From assembly GCA_016181765.1 (NCBI GenBank), contig JACOYR010000005.1, positions 18,733-82,732 of the forward strand: a stretch of 64,000 bases of DNA. The letters run 5' to 3'. Shown piece by piece: positions 8,689 through 17,060 of the stretch (position 1 is the stretch's first letter; each line of letters begins with the position of its first letter). Source of the stretch: Parcubacteria group bacterium. GTDB lineage: Bacteria; Patescibacteriota; Patescibacteriia; UBA2169. The notes below the pieces were generated by a model, which searched no databases, was not told the origin of the DNA, and saw nothing but the letters and a program-made list of their open reading frames with translations. Both the position numbers and the translations under genes were made by a program.

Positions 8689-9633
8689 ATGCCTTTGCGA
8701 CATGTGGTTGAAGCCCAGCAGTTTAGCCGCGGGTTTCTGGATGATGAGCTTTTTCCGGCAGTTAACGCGATGAGAGATCGCGTTAGGCGCCGGGATCCAG
8801 ATCTGCTGCGGTGCCTAACCGGCCGTGTCATGGTGACGTTGTTCTATGAGCCCAGCACCAGAACCAGGCACTCGTTTGAGTCTGCGATGCTTCGGCTTGG
8901 CGGAAGCGCGATCAGCACCGAGAACGCTCTAGATTTCTCTTCAGCAGTCAAAGGAGAAACGCTTGCGGATACGGTCCGGGTTGAGGCGTGCTACGCGGAT
9001 GTCATTGTACTGCGGCACTTTGACCGATGGTCAGCCAAAATCGCCGCGGCGTATTCTCCGGTTCCGGTCATCAATGGCGGCGCAGGTCCTGGGCAGCATC
9101 CAACCCAGGCATTACTGGATGTGTACACGATCCAGGATGAAATCGGCCGACTGGACAACATCGCCATTGCCATGGTGGGGGACCTCGCAAACGGGCGCAC
9201 GGCCCGTTCGTTGTGCTACCTGCTTGCCAAGTACGAATATCCGAGGATCTTTTTCGTTTCGCCGGCGCGGATGCGGATGCGGAAAGATGTCCGGAGGTAC
9301 CTCCAGCGGCGCGGCGTTCGCTTTGAGGAGTGTGATGACATCAGAGAAGTTGCCGGCAGAGTAGACGTAATCTACATGACGCGCGTGCAGCAGGAGCGTA
9401 TGCGCGGCAAACCTGTTCGGCTCAATGGTCGGTTTGTCATGGATGCCTCGGTCCTCAAGCTTATGCGTCAAGACGCACGAATCATGCATCCCCTGCCGCG
9501 CACCGGCGAGATCAAGAACAGGGGCAGGGTAGATGCGGATCTGCGCGCCGCGTACTTCAGGCAGGTTCACAACGGGCTCTGTGTGCGCATGGCTTTGCTC
9601 AAGATGATTCTGGCGCCGGACGCGCCGCTGTAG
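8689..9633 (+). CDS. pyrB: aspartate carbamoyltransferase catalytic subunit
   Basis: FYEPSTRTRHSFE and HPTQALLD motifs (ATCase rather than OTCase); start at MPLRHV with GGAGGAG SD. Confidence 0.85.
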   Translation: MPLRHVVEAQQFSRGFLDDELFPAVNAMRDRVRRRDPDLLRCLTGRVMVTLFYEPSTRTRHSFESAMLRLGGSAISTENALDFSSAVKGETLADTVRVEACYADVIVLRHFDRWSAKIAAAYSPVPVINGGAGPGQHPTQALLDVYTIQDEIGRLDNIAIAMVGDLANGRTARSLCYLLAKYEYPRIFFVSPARMRMRKDVRRYLQRRGVRFEECDDIREVAGRVDVIYMTRVQQERMRGKPVRLNGRFVMDASVLKLMRQDARIMHPLPRTGEIKNRGRVDADLRAAYFRQVHNGLCVRMALLKMILAPDAPL

Positions 9634-9723
9634 AGCGCCTTCTTGCGGCCGCGCAGTTCCTTCCACGACGGGATGTCCTCCTTTGGGCTTCCCGTCCTCT
9701 TTTTTTTATGGTATGCTTTTTTC

Positions 9724-10128
9724 ATGCGTACTGCACAGAAATTAGCATCCTCCCATTATGCCTTGGTGGCCGCGCTTCTCATTGCGGCATTTATTGTTAC
9801 ATGCCGCGGCCTGGTGGCCGGGGGCATGGCCGCGCCCATGGATCACGGGGCGCACCAAACCCAAAAGCAACCCCACGCACTCTGCTGCTCTGTGGAAGAC
9901 GCGGCTGGGAGCGCGGTGCTGCACAGCCAGTTCCAGTCCGCCCTTCCCTCGGCGTACCTGCTCTTTGCGGCGCTTGTCTTTATTTTCTTTTTTCCGCTTG
10001 TCCGCGCGCTCGTTGTTGTGGCGCCTCCCTATGCGGGCTCACTTGAACGCAGGTACGGAGGCACGAGGCTTTATTCCAAGTACGCGGAATTGTTCTCGCA
10101 GGGAATTTTGCATCCAAAAACATTTTAG
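9724..10128 (+). CDS. hypothetical membrane protein (first gene of metal/redox operon?)
   Basis: two predicted TM helices; start uncertain (9643 or 9724). Confidence 0.35.
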   Translation: MRTAQKLASSHYALVAALLIAAFIVTCRGLVAGGMAAPMDHGAHQTQKQPHALCCSVEDAAGSAVLHSQFQSALPSAYLLFAALVFIFFFPLVRALVVVAPPYAGSLERRYGGTRLYSKYAELFSQGILHPKTF

Positions 10129-10211
10129 GTTTTGACGAACGCGCAAGAGCTGCTGCGGTTTTTTGTCGCGTTTTTTGCGTTGCAGCGATTACTGTTTAAG
10201 CATTGATACGT

Positions 10212-10685
10212 ATGAGAAAGATTATTATAGGAGTTGCGGCTGCGGCGGCGCTCGGGGGGATTGTCCTGTTCCAGCGCTCTCTTCTTCCTGCCTCCCCCCG
10301 CGGTGCGGGCGATGGTGCGCCAATGGCTGCGGTGGTGCACAAGACTCCGACGTGCGGGTGTTGCGCCAACTACATCACCTACCTCAAGCGCAAGGGGTTT
10401 GAGGTAGAAGTCCAAAACCATGACGATCTCACGGCCATCAAAGAGCAGTATGGCGTCCCGGGCGGATTGGAGAGCTGCCACACCACGGTGATCGGGGACT
10501 ATGTTTCCGAGGGCCATGTTCCGGTTGAGAGCATTATGAGTATGCTTGCCGAAAAGCCGGCGATCGCGGGCCTTGCCTTGCCCGGCATGCCCGCAGGCGC
10601 TCCGGGCATGGGCGGGGTGGCGCGCGGCGAGTTTCCGGTGTACGGCTTTACCGCTTCCGGGGATGTTTCGCGGTACCAGGAGTAG
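10212..10685 (+). CDS. DUF411-family metal-binding protein (CGCC motif; often in copper-resistance loci)
   Basis: signal/anchor then HKTPTCGCCANYITYLKRKGFEVEV...CHTTVIGDYVSEGHVP. Confidence 0.7.
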   Translation: MRKIIIGVAAAAALGGIVLFQRSLLPASPRGAGDGAPMAAVVHKTPTCGCCANYITYLKRKGFEVEVQNHDDLTAIKEQYGVPGGLESCHTTVIGDYVSEGHVPVESIMSMLAEKPAIAGLALPGMPAGAPGMGGVARGEFPVYGFTASGDVSRYQE

Positions 10686-10688
10686 CGT

Positions 10689-11210
10689 ATGAAGCGAACT
10701 ACGTACTATGCGCTTGCTGCTGCGGCGTTCGGGGCAGGCGCGCCAAAGTTGGTACTCGCGCACTGCCCCTTGTGCACTGTAGGCGCGGTTGCCATTGGCT
10801 TGGGCGCGTACCAGCTCGGCGTTTCCACGCTGTCCGTGGGCATTGCCCTTGGAGCAGCGAGCCTTGCCCTCGGCATGTGGATGGCGAAGCTCGTCCGGGT
10901 CCGGTATTTCCGCGGTCAAGGCCTGGCAATCGCATTCCTGGTGTTTGTTACGACTGTCGTGCCGGTTGCCCCGTTTTTGCCCGGCGCGCGCGGGCTCTAC
11001 CTGGCAGGGATCGGGCAGTACGGAACCACGCTCGTGATTCCGAATGTGCTCATTGGCGCGGTTGTGGGCGGCCTCCTGGTTCTCGGGAGCCCGCATGCTT
11101 CTCGCGGCCTTACCCGCCTGCGGAACGGAAAGCACGTGCCGTTCCAAGGAGTTTTTGTTGTCCTGCTGTTGCTTGCGGCCGGCATCGCGCTTGTTGAAGT
11201 AATCGCCTAA
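10689..11210 (+). CDS. hypothetical polytopic membrane protein with HCPLC motif
   Basis: 173 aa, 4-5 TM helices, N-terminal HCPLCTVGA. Confidence 0.5.
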   Translation: MKRTTYYALAAAAFGAGAPKLVLAHCPLCTVGAVAIGLGAYQLGVSTLSVGIALGAASLALGMWMAKLVRVRYFRGQGLAIAFLVFVTTVVPVAPFLPGARGLYLAGIGQYGTTLVIPNVLIGAVVGGLLVLGSPHASRGLTRLRNGKHVPFQGVFVVLLLLAAGIALVEVIA

Positions 11211-11214
11211 CCAT

Positions 11215-11751
11215 ATGGCTGATGCTACTACCATTGAACGTTTGAACGAGTTTGTGGCGCGCGTGGACGCCATGAAAAAGCAGGACAAGATGGATTTGTC
11301 TTCTGACCAGGATTTATCCATTGCCATCATGAACCTCGTTTCCATTGAAGAGCACTTTTTCTTTACCGGCGCAAAAACCGGCAAGCACGAGTATTATGAT
11401 ATGATCAAAGAGGTGCGCGAGATGCGCAAGGAGCTGTTAAAAAAGATCATCAGAGAGTACGAGGGCGAGGTGTGGTGCATCTCAAAGCACTTGCTCGCGG
11501 CATGCATGCGGCTTATGGAAGTCGGCACCAAAGCCCTCGGACTCGGCCGGAACAGCGAGGCGTATGATCTGTTCGGCAAGGCGTACAGCCTCTACTCGCT
11601 GTTCTGGGGCATCAACCTGAAGCTCGTGCCAATCAAGGACGCCAAAAAGATTGATGAGCGCGCGCTCAACGTTCATGACGCCAAACCGCAGGGCTTTCTC
11701 GGTTCGCTCGGGGCCATGGTCAAGAAAGTGTTTGATTGCTGCATTGAATAA
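11215..11751 (+). CDS. hypothetical cytoplasmic protein (178 aa, C-terminal DCC)
   Basis: no known motif; translationally coupled in operon. Confidence 0.45.
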   Translation: MADATTIERLNEFVARVDAMKKQDKMDLSSDQDLSIAIMNLVSIEEHFFFTGAKTGKHEYYDMIKEVREMRKELLKKIIREYEGEVWCISKHLLAACMRLMEVGTKALGLGRNSEAYDLFGKAYSLYSLFWGINLKLVPIKDAKKIDERALNVHDAKPQGFLGSLGAMVKKVFDCCIE

Positions 11752-11769
11752 TTCGTTACTTGCATTCAT

Positions 11770-12690
11770 ATGAAACTACCTACATCAGTTTCGTTCTGGC
11801 GCACCACAACGCTTGTCGTGCTTGTGTTGTTCCTCTTTAACGCGTTGTTTGTGGTCCGCATTACGCCCCGGTTCACCCGCAGCGCGCCCGCGGCAGCGCC
11901 CCAGGGCGCATCGCGCGCTACCGAGGATTCAATCAGCGCGTATGCCGCGGCCGTGATTCCCGAGCAAGGGGTGGTGCTTCCGGTTGCCTGGGGAGACCTC
12001 GGTAGCAAGATGATCGCAAGCGGGGTCATTGACCAGCAGGCGTTTGAGTCAATCTACCAAAACCGCGGCGGCCTCACCGAGGAGGAGCAGGCCATGCTTT
12101 CCGGAACCCTTGCCGGGGATGTGCGCATTACTCCACAAAACGCGGGCGTGCTCTTGAATGTGCTGTGGGCGTTCGGGCTTGCCAATAAGAACCCGGTTCT
12201 GGACCAGGGCCCCATGCAGGATCCGGAGTACGGTGGCGCGGGCAGGTTCGCCTCAACCGGAGGCTGGACGCTTGCGTCCGGGGATCCTATGGACCATTAC
12301 AGCATGCACGAGTTCGTAACGCTCACTTCGGAACAACAGCAGATGGTTGAGCGGGTCGCCCAGGGAATCTATAGGCCGTGCTGCGGCAACTCGGTGTACT
12401 TTCCGGACTGCAACCACGGCATGGCAATGCTCGGATTGCTTGAATTGATGGCCGCAAACGGAGTTGCTGAAGCGGATATGTATCGGTATGCGCTTGCGGT
12501 GAACGCATACTGGTTCCCGGAGACCTACCTCACCATTGCCAAGTACTTGGGCACCCAAGGCCTCTCGTGGCAAGACGCCGCTCCGAAGGAAATCCTGGGG
12601 TACGATTTCTCGTCAAGCGCCGGGTACCAGAACATCGCAGCCCAAGTTGAGCCGGTTTCGTCCGGCGGCGGGGGCGGGTGCGGAGTGTAG
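11770..12690 (+). CDS. hypothetical secreted/anchored protein with CCGNSVYFPDCNHG cysteine cluster and C-terminal GGGGGCGV
   Basis: N-terminal TM/signal, 306 aa. Confidence 0.5.
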   Translation: MKLPTSVSFWRTTTLVVLVLFLFNALFVVRITPRFTRSAPAAAPQGASRATEDSISAYAAAVIPEQGVVLPVAWGDLGSKMIASGVIDQQAFESIYQNRGGLTEEEQAMLSGTLAGDVRITPQNAGVLLNVLWAFGLANKNPVLDQGPMQDPEYGGAGRFASTGGWTLASGDPMDHYSMHEFVTLTSEQQQMVERVAQGIYRPCCGNSVYFPDCNHGMAMLGLLELMAANGVAEADMYRYALAVNAYWFPETYLTIAKYLGTQGLSWQDAAPKEILGYDFSSSAGYQNIAAQVEPVSSGGGGGCGV

Positions 12691-12743
12691 GCGCAAGACG
12701 GGCATGATATACTGTATTCATTAGTACTTAACAAACAAAACAT

Positions 12744-12995
12744 ATGCGATTACGTTCTCTGTTCGCAACGTTTGCCGCATTTGCGGCACTGGTTCCGGCT
12801 TCGGCATCCGCTGAATCGGACGGTTCTTTTAACTGTTCCGGATTCGGCTCCGGATTCGGGGGCATGATGGGCAGCTGGGGAGGCGGCATGATGGGCTACG
12901 GCGGAACCGGGCTCGCCATCTCAACCGTCACCACGGTATTGCTGTGGCTGGTGCTCGGACTCCTTGCGGCCTACCTTTGGAAGCGGGTGAAGTAG
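12744..12995 (+). CDS. small secreted Gly/Met-rich protein with C-terminal TM helix (possible Cu(I)-binding Met motifs)
   Basis: signal peptide AALVPASASA; GFGGMMGSWGGGMMGYGG. Confidence 0.4.
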   Translation: MRLRSLFATFAAFAALVPASASAESDGSFNCSGFGSGFGGMMGSWGGGMMGYGGTGLAISTVTTVLLWLVLGLLAAYLWKRVK

Positions 12996-13080
12996 GCGCC
13001 ATACGCCGGCCGGATGCAGGCGTTCCATTGGCGCTTCGTCCGGCTCCGCATGGTCCGTAATTTGTTAATGGTTTAAATTT

Positions 13081-13932
13081 ATGGATTTACTCGTTGGCAC
13101 ATCACTGGCGGCGGCGTTTATAGCCGGGTTGGCCGCTCTGTTCGCTCCCTGCTGCATTACGGTGCTGTTGCCGTCTTATTTTGCCTCCGTTTTTAGAGAG
13201 AGAACGAAAATTTTTTTTATGACTTTTGTTTTCTTTTTGGGCGTGCTGGCGGTATTCTTGCCGCTGGGGCTCGGCGCGGCTTTTTTTGGGCAATTTTTAA
13301 GCCGCTACCACAACGCAATATTCGTCTTCGGCGGGATTTTTTTGCTGGTGCTCGGGCTGATAATAATTTCCGGCCGGCACCTGGCCCTGCCCTGGCACGT
13401 TAATCCCGCCATTAAAAATTACCATCCTTTTTCCGTATTTATTTTAGGAATTTTATCCGGCATCGCCACCACTTGCTGCGCGCCGGTCTTGGCCGGCGTT
13501 TTAGCCCTGTCCGTCCTGCCCGGTTCCGTGCTTTGGGGTTTGGCCTATACCTTAAGTTACGTTTTGGGAATGGTCGCGCCGCTGTTTTTTTTGGCATCCA
13601 TTTTGGACAAGAGCGCGGCGAATAAAAAAATGATGGTATTGCGCCGGAGCATCTCATACCACCTTGGCTCGGCAGAAATCAATGTGACGATGGGCGAATT
13701 GGTTTCCGGCGCCATGTTTACCCTGATGGGCATGTTGATTTTGTTTTTATCCTTCACCAATCGCCTGGCCGCGCATTCGGCGTGGCAGGTTGATATCAAC
13801 ATTTATTTGACAAAATTGTTGCATTTGATTAACGGTTTTATTGCCGCGGTTCCGGAGTATGTTTGGGCGGCCGTTGTTTTCACCTTGTTTATTTTTATAG
13901 TTACAAGAGCGGTTAATTCATTAAAAAAATAA
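13081..13932 (+). CDS. CcdA/DsbD-family thiol-disulfide transporter (ScsB-like)
   Basis: conserved Cys pairs in TM1 (FAPCCITVLLP) and TM4 (TTCCAPVLAG), about 6-8 TM. Confidence 0.75.
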   Translation: MDLLVGTSLAAAFIAGLAALFAPCCITVLLPSYFASVFRERTKIFFMTFVFFLGVLAVFLPLGLGAAFFGQFLSRYHNAIFVFGGIFLLVLGLIIISGRHLALPWHVNPAIKNYHPFSVFILGILSGIATTCCAPVLAGVLALSVLPGSVLWGLAYTLSYVLGMVAPLFFLASILDKSAANKKMMVLRRSISYHLGSAEINVTMGELVSGAMFTLMGMLILFLSFTNRLAAHSAWQVDINIYLTKLLHLINGFIAAVPEYVWAAVVFTLFIFIVTRAVNSLKK

Positions 13933-13936
13933 TCTT

Positions 13937-14647
13937 ATGAGCAGAAGCCACAGCGATTGCGAGCCGGAGAAAGCAAAAGGACAATTTAACAGAACAAACG
14001 TCGTCATTTTGGCGGGGATTGCTTCTTTTACCATTATCGTGGTGGCTGGCATGTGGTTTTTTGCCGGCCCTGGCCCCATAGCCACGGTTGAGCCGCCGGT
14101 TCAACTCGCGCCCGCGGTTGCCGGGGACAGCATGGCCGACCACCATCCGCAAAGCTCTCCGGAGGCGGCGGGGCCGCTCAATGATTTGGTGGGCAAACCT
14201 GCGCCGGATTTTTCTCTGCTGGACGGCGCGGGAAGGAAGTATGATAAAGAAAATCTAAAAGGCAAAAACGTGGTTTTGTTTTTTAACGAGGGGTTAATGT
14301 GCTATCCCGCTTGTTGGAATCAGATAGTGGAATTGAACAAAGACCCGAGGCTGAATACCGCCGATACTGTAGCTCTGTCCGTGGTGGTTGACTCGCCCAA
14401 TGATTGGCAGCAGGCCGTGGAAAAAATGCCCGATTTGGCCGAAGCCACGGTTTTATTTGATGTCGGAACAGAGGTATCGCAAAAAATGAACATGCTCACC
14501 ACGCCGTCCTCCATGCACTATGGTTCTCTGCCCGGGCACAGTTATTTGATTTTTGATAAGGCCGGGATTGTGAGATTTGTTCTTGACGATCCAACAATGA
14601 GCATTCAAAATAGCCGTTTATTTGGTGAACTGCAGAAGTTATTATAG
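13937..14647 (+). CDS. membrane-anchored thioredoxin-like protein (TlpA/ResA/ScsD-like redoxin)
   Basis: TM anchor then redoxin fold with CYPAC (CxxxC variant) after KNVVLFFNEGLM. Confidence 0.65.
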   Translation: MSRSHSDCEPEKAKGQFNRTNVVILAGIASFTIIVVAGMWFFAGPGPIATVEPPVQLAPAVAGDSMADHHPQSSPEAAGPLNDLVGKPAPDFSLLDGAGRKYDKENLKGKNVVLFFNEGLMCYPACWNQIVELNKDPRLNTADTVALSVVVDSPNDWQQAVEKMPDLAEATVLFDVGTEVSQKMNMLTTPSSMHYGSLPGHSYLIFDKAGIVRFVLDDPTMSIQNSRLFGELQKLL

Positions 14648-14700
14648 TATGCACAGGCTGGCTTGTTGACAAATAGGGTATAGGGGTATAAGATATATGT

Positions 14701-14973
14701 ATGGTGGACCAAAAGCTAAAAAAACGAGCCATTCACCGGGCCAAAATCATTCGCGGCCAGCTGGATGGGCTGATTAAGGCGATTGAGAAAGAGGCCTACT
14801 GCCCCGAGCTTTTAGGGCAGTCGCTCTCCATGCAAAGATCGCTCAAAAGCCTGGACGCTTTTCTCCTGGAGAACCATCTGCGCACCCATGTCAAACACCA
14901 GATGCAGAGCCCGGGCGACGAGGAGAAAGCGGTCAAAGAATTAATCAGGATTTACACGTTATCCAATAAATAA
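14701..14973 (+). CDS. csoR: CsoR/RcnR-family metal-sensing transcriptional repressor
   Basis: RIEGQ-like IRGQLDGLIKAIE, YCPELLGQ (Cys ligand) and ENHLRTHVKH (His/Cys ligands); 90 aa. Confidence 0.8.
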   Translation: MVDQKLKKRAIHRAKIIRGQLDGLIKAIEKEAYCPELLGQSLSMQRSLKSLDAFLLENHLRTHVKHQMQSPGDEEKAVKELIRIYTLSNK

Positions 14974-14985
14974 ATATCGTAATAT

Positions 14986-15189
14986 ATGCACGAGCATAAG
15001 GCCGAGCAAAAAAGATCCAAATGGAAATGGATTGTAATCTGCTTTATTATTTTGGCCGCCGTTCTCATCTTGGCTGGCCGTAGAGTTAATCTGCTTGGCG
15101 CTTGGCCATATCTTCTGATTTTGGTTTGCCCGCTGTTGCATCTGTTCATGCATAAAGGCCATGGGCACGACCATGATGATGGCAAATAA
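14986..15189 (+). CDS. small His-rich membrane peptide (DUF2933-like, LVCPLLHLFMHKGHGHDHDD)
   Basis: one TM helix followed by CPLLHLFMH and His-rich tail; typical of small proteins in metal-efflux loci. Confidence 0.5.
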   Translation: MHEHKAEQKRSKWKWIVICFIILAAVLILAGRRVNLLGAWPYLLILVCPLLHLFMHKGHGHDHDDGK

Positions 15190-15191
15190 CT

Positions 15192-15647
15192 ATGTCGCAA
15201 AATATTGTTAAACCCGTACTTTATGGCGCGCTCGCCAGTTTGATTCTGCTGGGAGTATATTTTGCGGCGCTGACGCTGGTTTCCGGCTGGCCTTTTGCCC
15301 AAAGCCAGTTTAAGCAATTCTGGTATTTTATCGTCAGTCTGGCCTTGGGATTCGGCCTCCAAGCTGGGCTCTATACTTATCTCAAGCAAGCCATCCGGTC
15401 GCACGGCAGCCAGGGAGCGGGCGGCGCCGTGGCCGCGACCGGCGCCACTTCAACCCTGGCCATGGTCTCGTGCTGTGCTCACTATCTGGCTAACATCATA
15501 CCGATATTAGGTATTGCCGGCGCTCTGACTATTGTGGCCCAGTACCAAACAGAGCTGTTCTGGGTCGGCATTGCTTTCAACGTGGCCGGCATCGCTTACA
15601 TTACCAATAAAATCATAAAATATCAGCGGCAACATGAAGCTAAATAA
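15192..15647 (+). CDS. hypothetical membrane protein (SCCAHY motif)
   Basis: 151 aa, 4 TM. Confidence 0.45.
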   Translation: MSQNIVKPVLYGALASLILLGVYFAALTLVSGWPFAQSQFKQFWYFIVSLALGFGLQAGLYTYLKQAIRSHGSQGAGGAVAATGATSTLAMVSCCAHYLANIIPILGIAGALTIVAQYQTELFWVGIAFNVAGIAYITNKIIKYQRQHEAK

Positions 15648-16080
15648 AATCATCCTGGCTGTAATCATCTTCGTTGCTCTGGTTCTCGTGCTTTTGGTTA
15701 TTTCAAGAAATGACGAGGAAACGCCGCCGCCGGGACAACCAGCCGCGACTTGGGAAACTAAAACTGACGAGCGGCCGCCGGTTACCGTTACCGTGACTCC
15801 GGTTGAATTCGGCAGCGGTTCAAAAACATGGAAGTTTGATGTTGTCTTTGACACCCATTCCGGAAGCCTGGATGACAACATTCTCACGGCGGCGTCTCTT
15901 ATTGATGACAAGGGCAACGCCTATCAGCCGATTTCTTGGGAAGGGCCGGGGCCTGGCGGGCACCACCGCGAAGGAGTTTTGGTATTTAGCGCAGTCAAGC
16001 CAGTCTCGTCATTTATAGAATTAAAGATTAAAAATGTTGGCGGCGTTGCCGAGCGTTTGTTTAGGTGGAGCTTAAAATAA
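15634..16080 (+). CDS. hypothetical membrane-anchored protein
   Basis: N-terminal TM, 148 aa; overlaps previous gene by 14 nt. Confidence 0.45.
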   Translation: MKLNKIILAVIIFVALVLVLLVISRNDEETPPPGQPAATWETKTDERPPVTVTVTPVEFGSGSKTWKFDVVFDTHSGSLDDNILTAASLIDDKGNAYQPISWEGPGPGGHHREGVLVFSAVKPVSSFIELKIKNVGGVAERLFRWSLK

Positions 16081-16086
16081 ATTATA

Positions 16087-16767
16087 ATGTCCAAGCTCAC
16101 TTTTATCATTTATTTAATTCTGTTCGCGGCGTTGCTGTTGCACCCGCATCTTATCGAACACATCGGCCCAATATCCAAACCGTATGTGGAGTCTATTTTG
16201 AATGTTGTCATTATCGGGCTGGGGCTTCTTACTTACTATCTGCATCAGCGCCGACTTGCCCGCCAGGAGAAAGCCCTAAATATCTCTAAAGCAAAATTAC
16301 TGGAGTCGTTTAAATATATCGGCTTGGTCAACCGCCAGCTGCCTCTGTTGCGGCAGGTCAGCACGGACCTGATGGCGAATAATAATGGCGCCAAACAAGG
16401 CAAAAAGACGGTGTTTGATAATCTTTTGGCCATCGCCGTTGTTTCCATCGCGAAAAAGAAATGGGGAGTCTTGCGGTTTATCGCTGTTGATAGCTACCAA
16501 ACAGTTAAAGAATTTATACACACTCATAACAAAGCGCTTGTTGCCAGCCGCATCAGTAATCGTGAATTAGTCGTGGCGTCTGGCCAGAGTAACTTTGCCA
16601 CCGCTCAAGATTTCTATAGTATACATACCAGCGACCAGGCGGCAGTGGTTAAGGCCTATTTAATCTTTCCCCGCGGCTCCGGCGCCGAGGACCTGGCCAA
16701 TGAATATTCGGTCTTGCAGGCCATTACCGACCAGGCGCAGCTGTTTTTTAAATATTTGTATGTCTAA
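16087..16767 (+). CDS. hypothetical membrane protein (226 aa)
   Basis: 2 N-terminal TM helices; no motif. Confidence 0.45.
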   Translation: MSKLTFIIYLILFAALLLHPHLIEHIGPISKPYVESILNVVIIGLGLLTYYLHQRRLARQEKALNISKAKLLESFKYIGLVNRQLPLLRQVSTDLMANNNGAKQGKKTVFDNLLAIAVVSIAKKKWGVLRFIAVDSYQTVKEFIHTHNKALVASRISNRELVVASGQSNFATAQDFYSIHTSDQAAVVKAYLIFPRGSGAEDLANEYSVLQAITDQAQLFFKYLYV

Positions 16768-16791
16768 ATAATTAAACAAGGAGACAATGTT

Positions 16792-17058
16792 ATGCAATTG
16801 CAACAAAATAAATTAGCCTTGGCCGGAGCCGAGGCGGTTTCCGTTCTTTATCTGGCCTGCGTCATCTTGGTCTGGATTGCGCCCGCGTTCGCGGTTAAGT
16901 TCTTCAGCTACCTGTTCCATGGCATCAACCTCGCGGCCATTACCACTGACGCGGGGCTGAATCTGGGCGCGGTGATCATCGGCCTGGTTGAAGCCTTTGC
17001 CTACACCTACGCAAGCCTGTACCTGTTCGCCTGGTTCTATAACCGCTCGGTGAAATAA
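16792..17058 (+). CDS. small membrane protein (88 aa)
   Basis: 3 hydrophobic segments, directly precedes ATPase. Confidence 0.4.
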   Translation: MQLQQNKLALAGAEAVSVLYLACVILVWIAPAFAVKFFSYLFHGINLAAITTDAGLNLGAVIIGLVEAFAYTYASLYLFAWFYNRSVK

Positions 17059-17060
17059 CC

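Noticed and set aside
10125-11384. 419-aa minus-strand ORF spanning DUF411 and neighbouring genes
   Set aside because: It is antisense to plus-strand genes that have clear motifs (CGCC, HCPLC). Its composition is Arg/Ala/Pro-rich, typical of a shadow ORF in GC-rich DNA.
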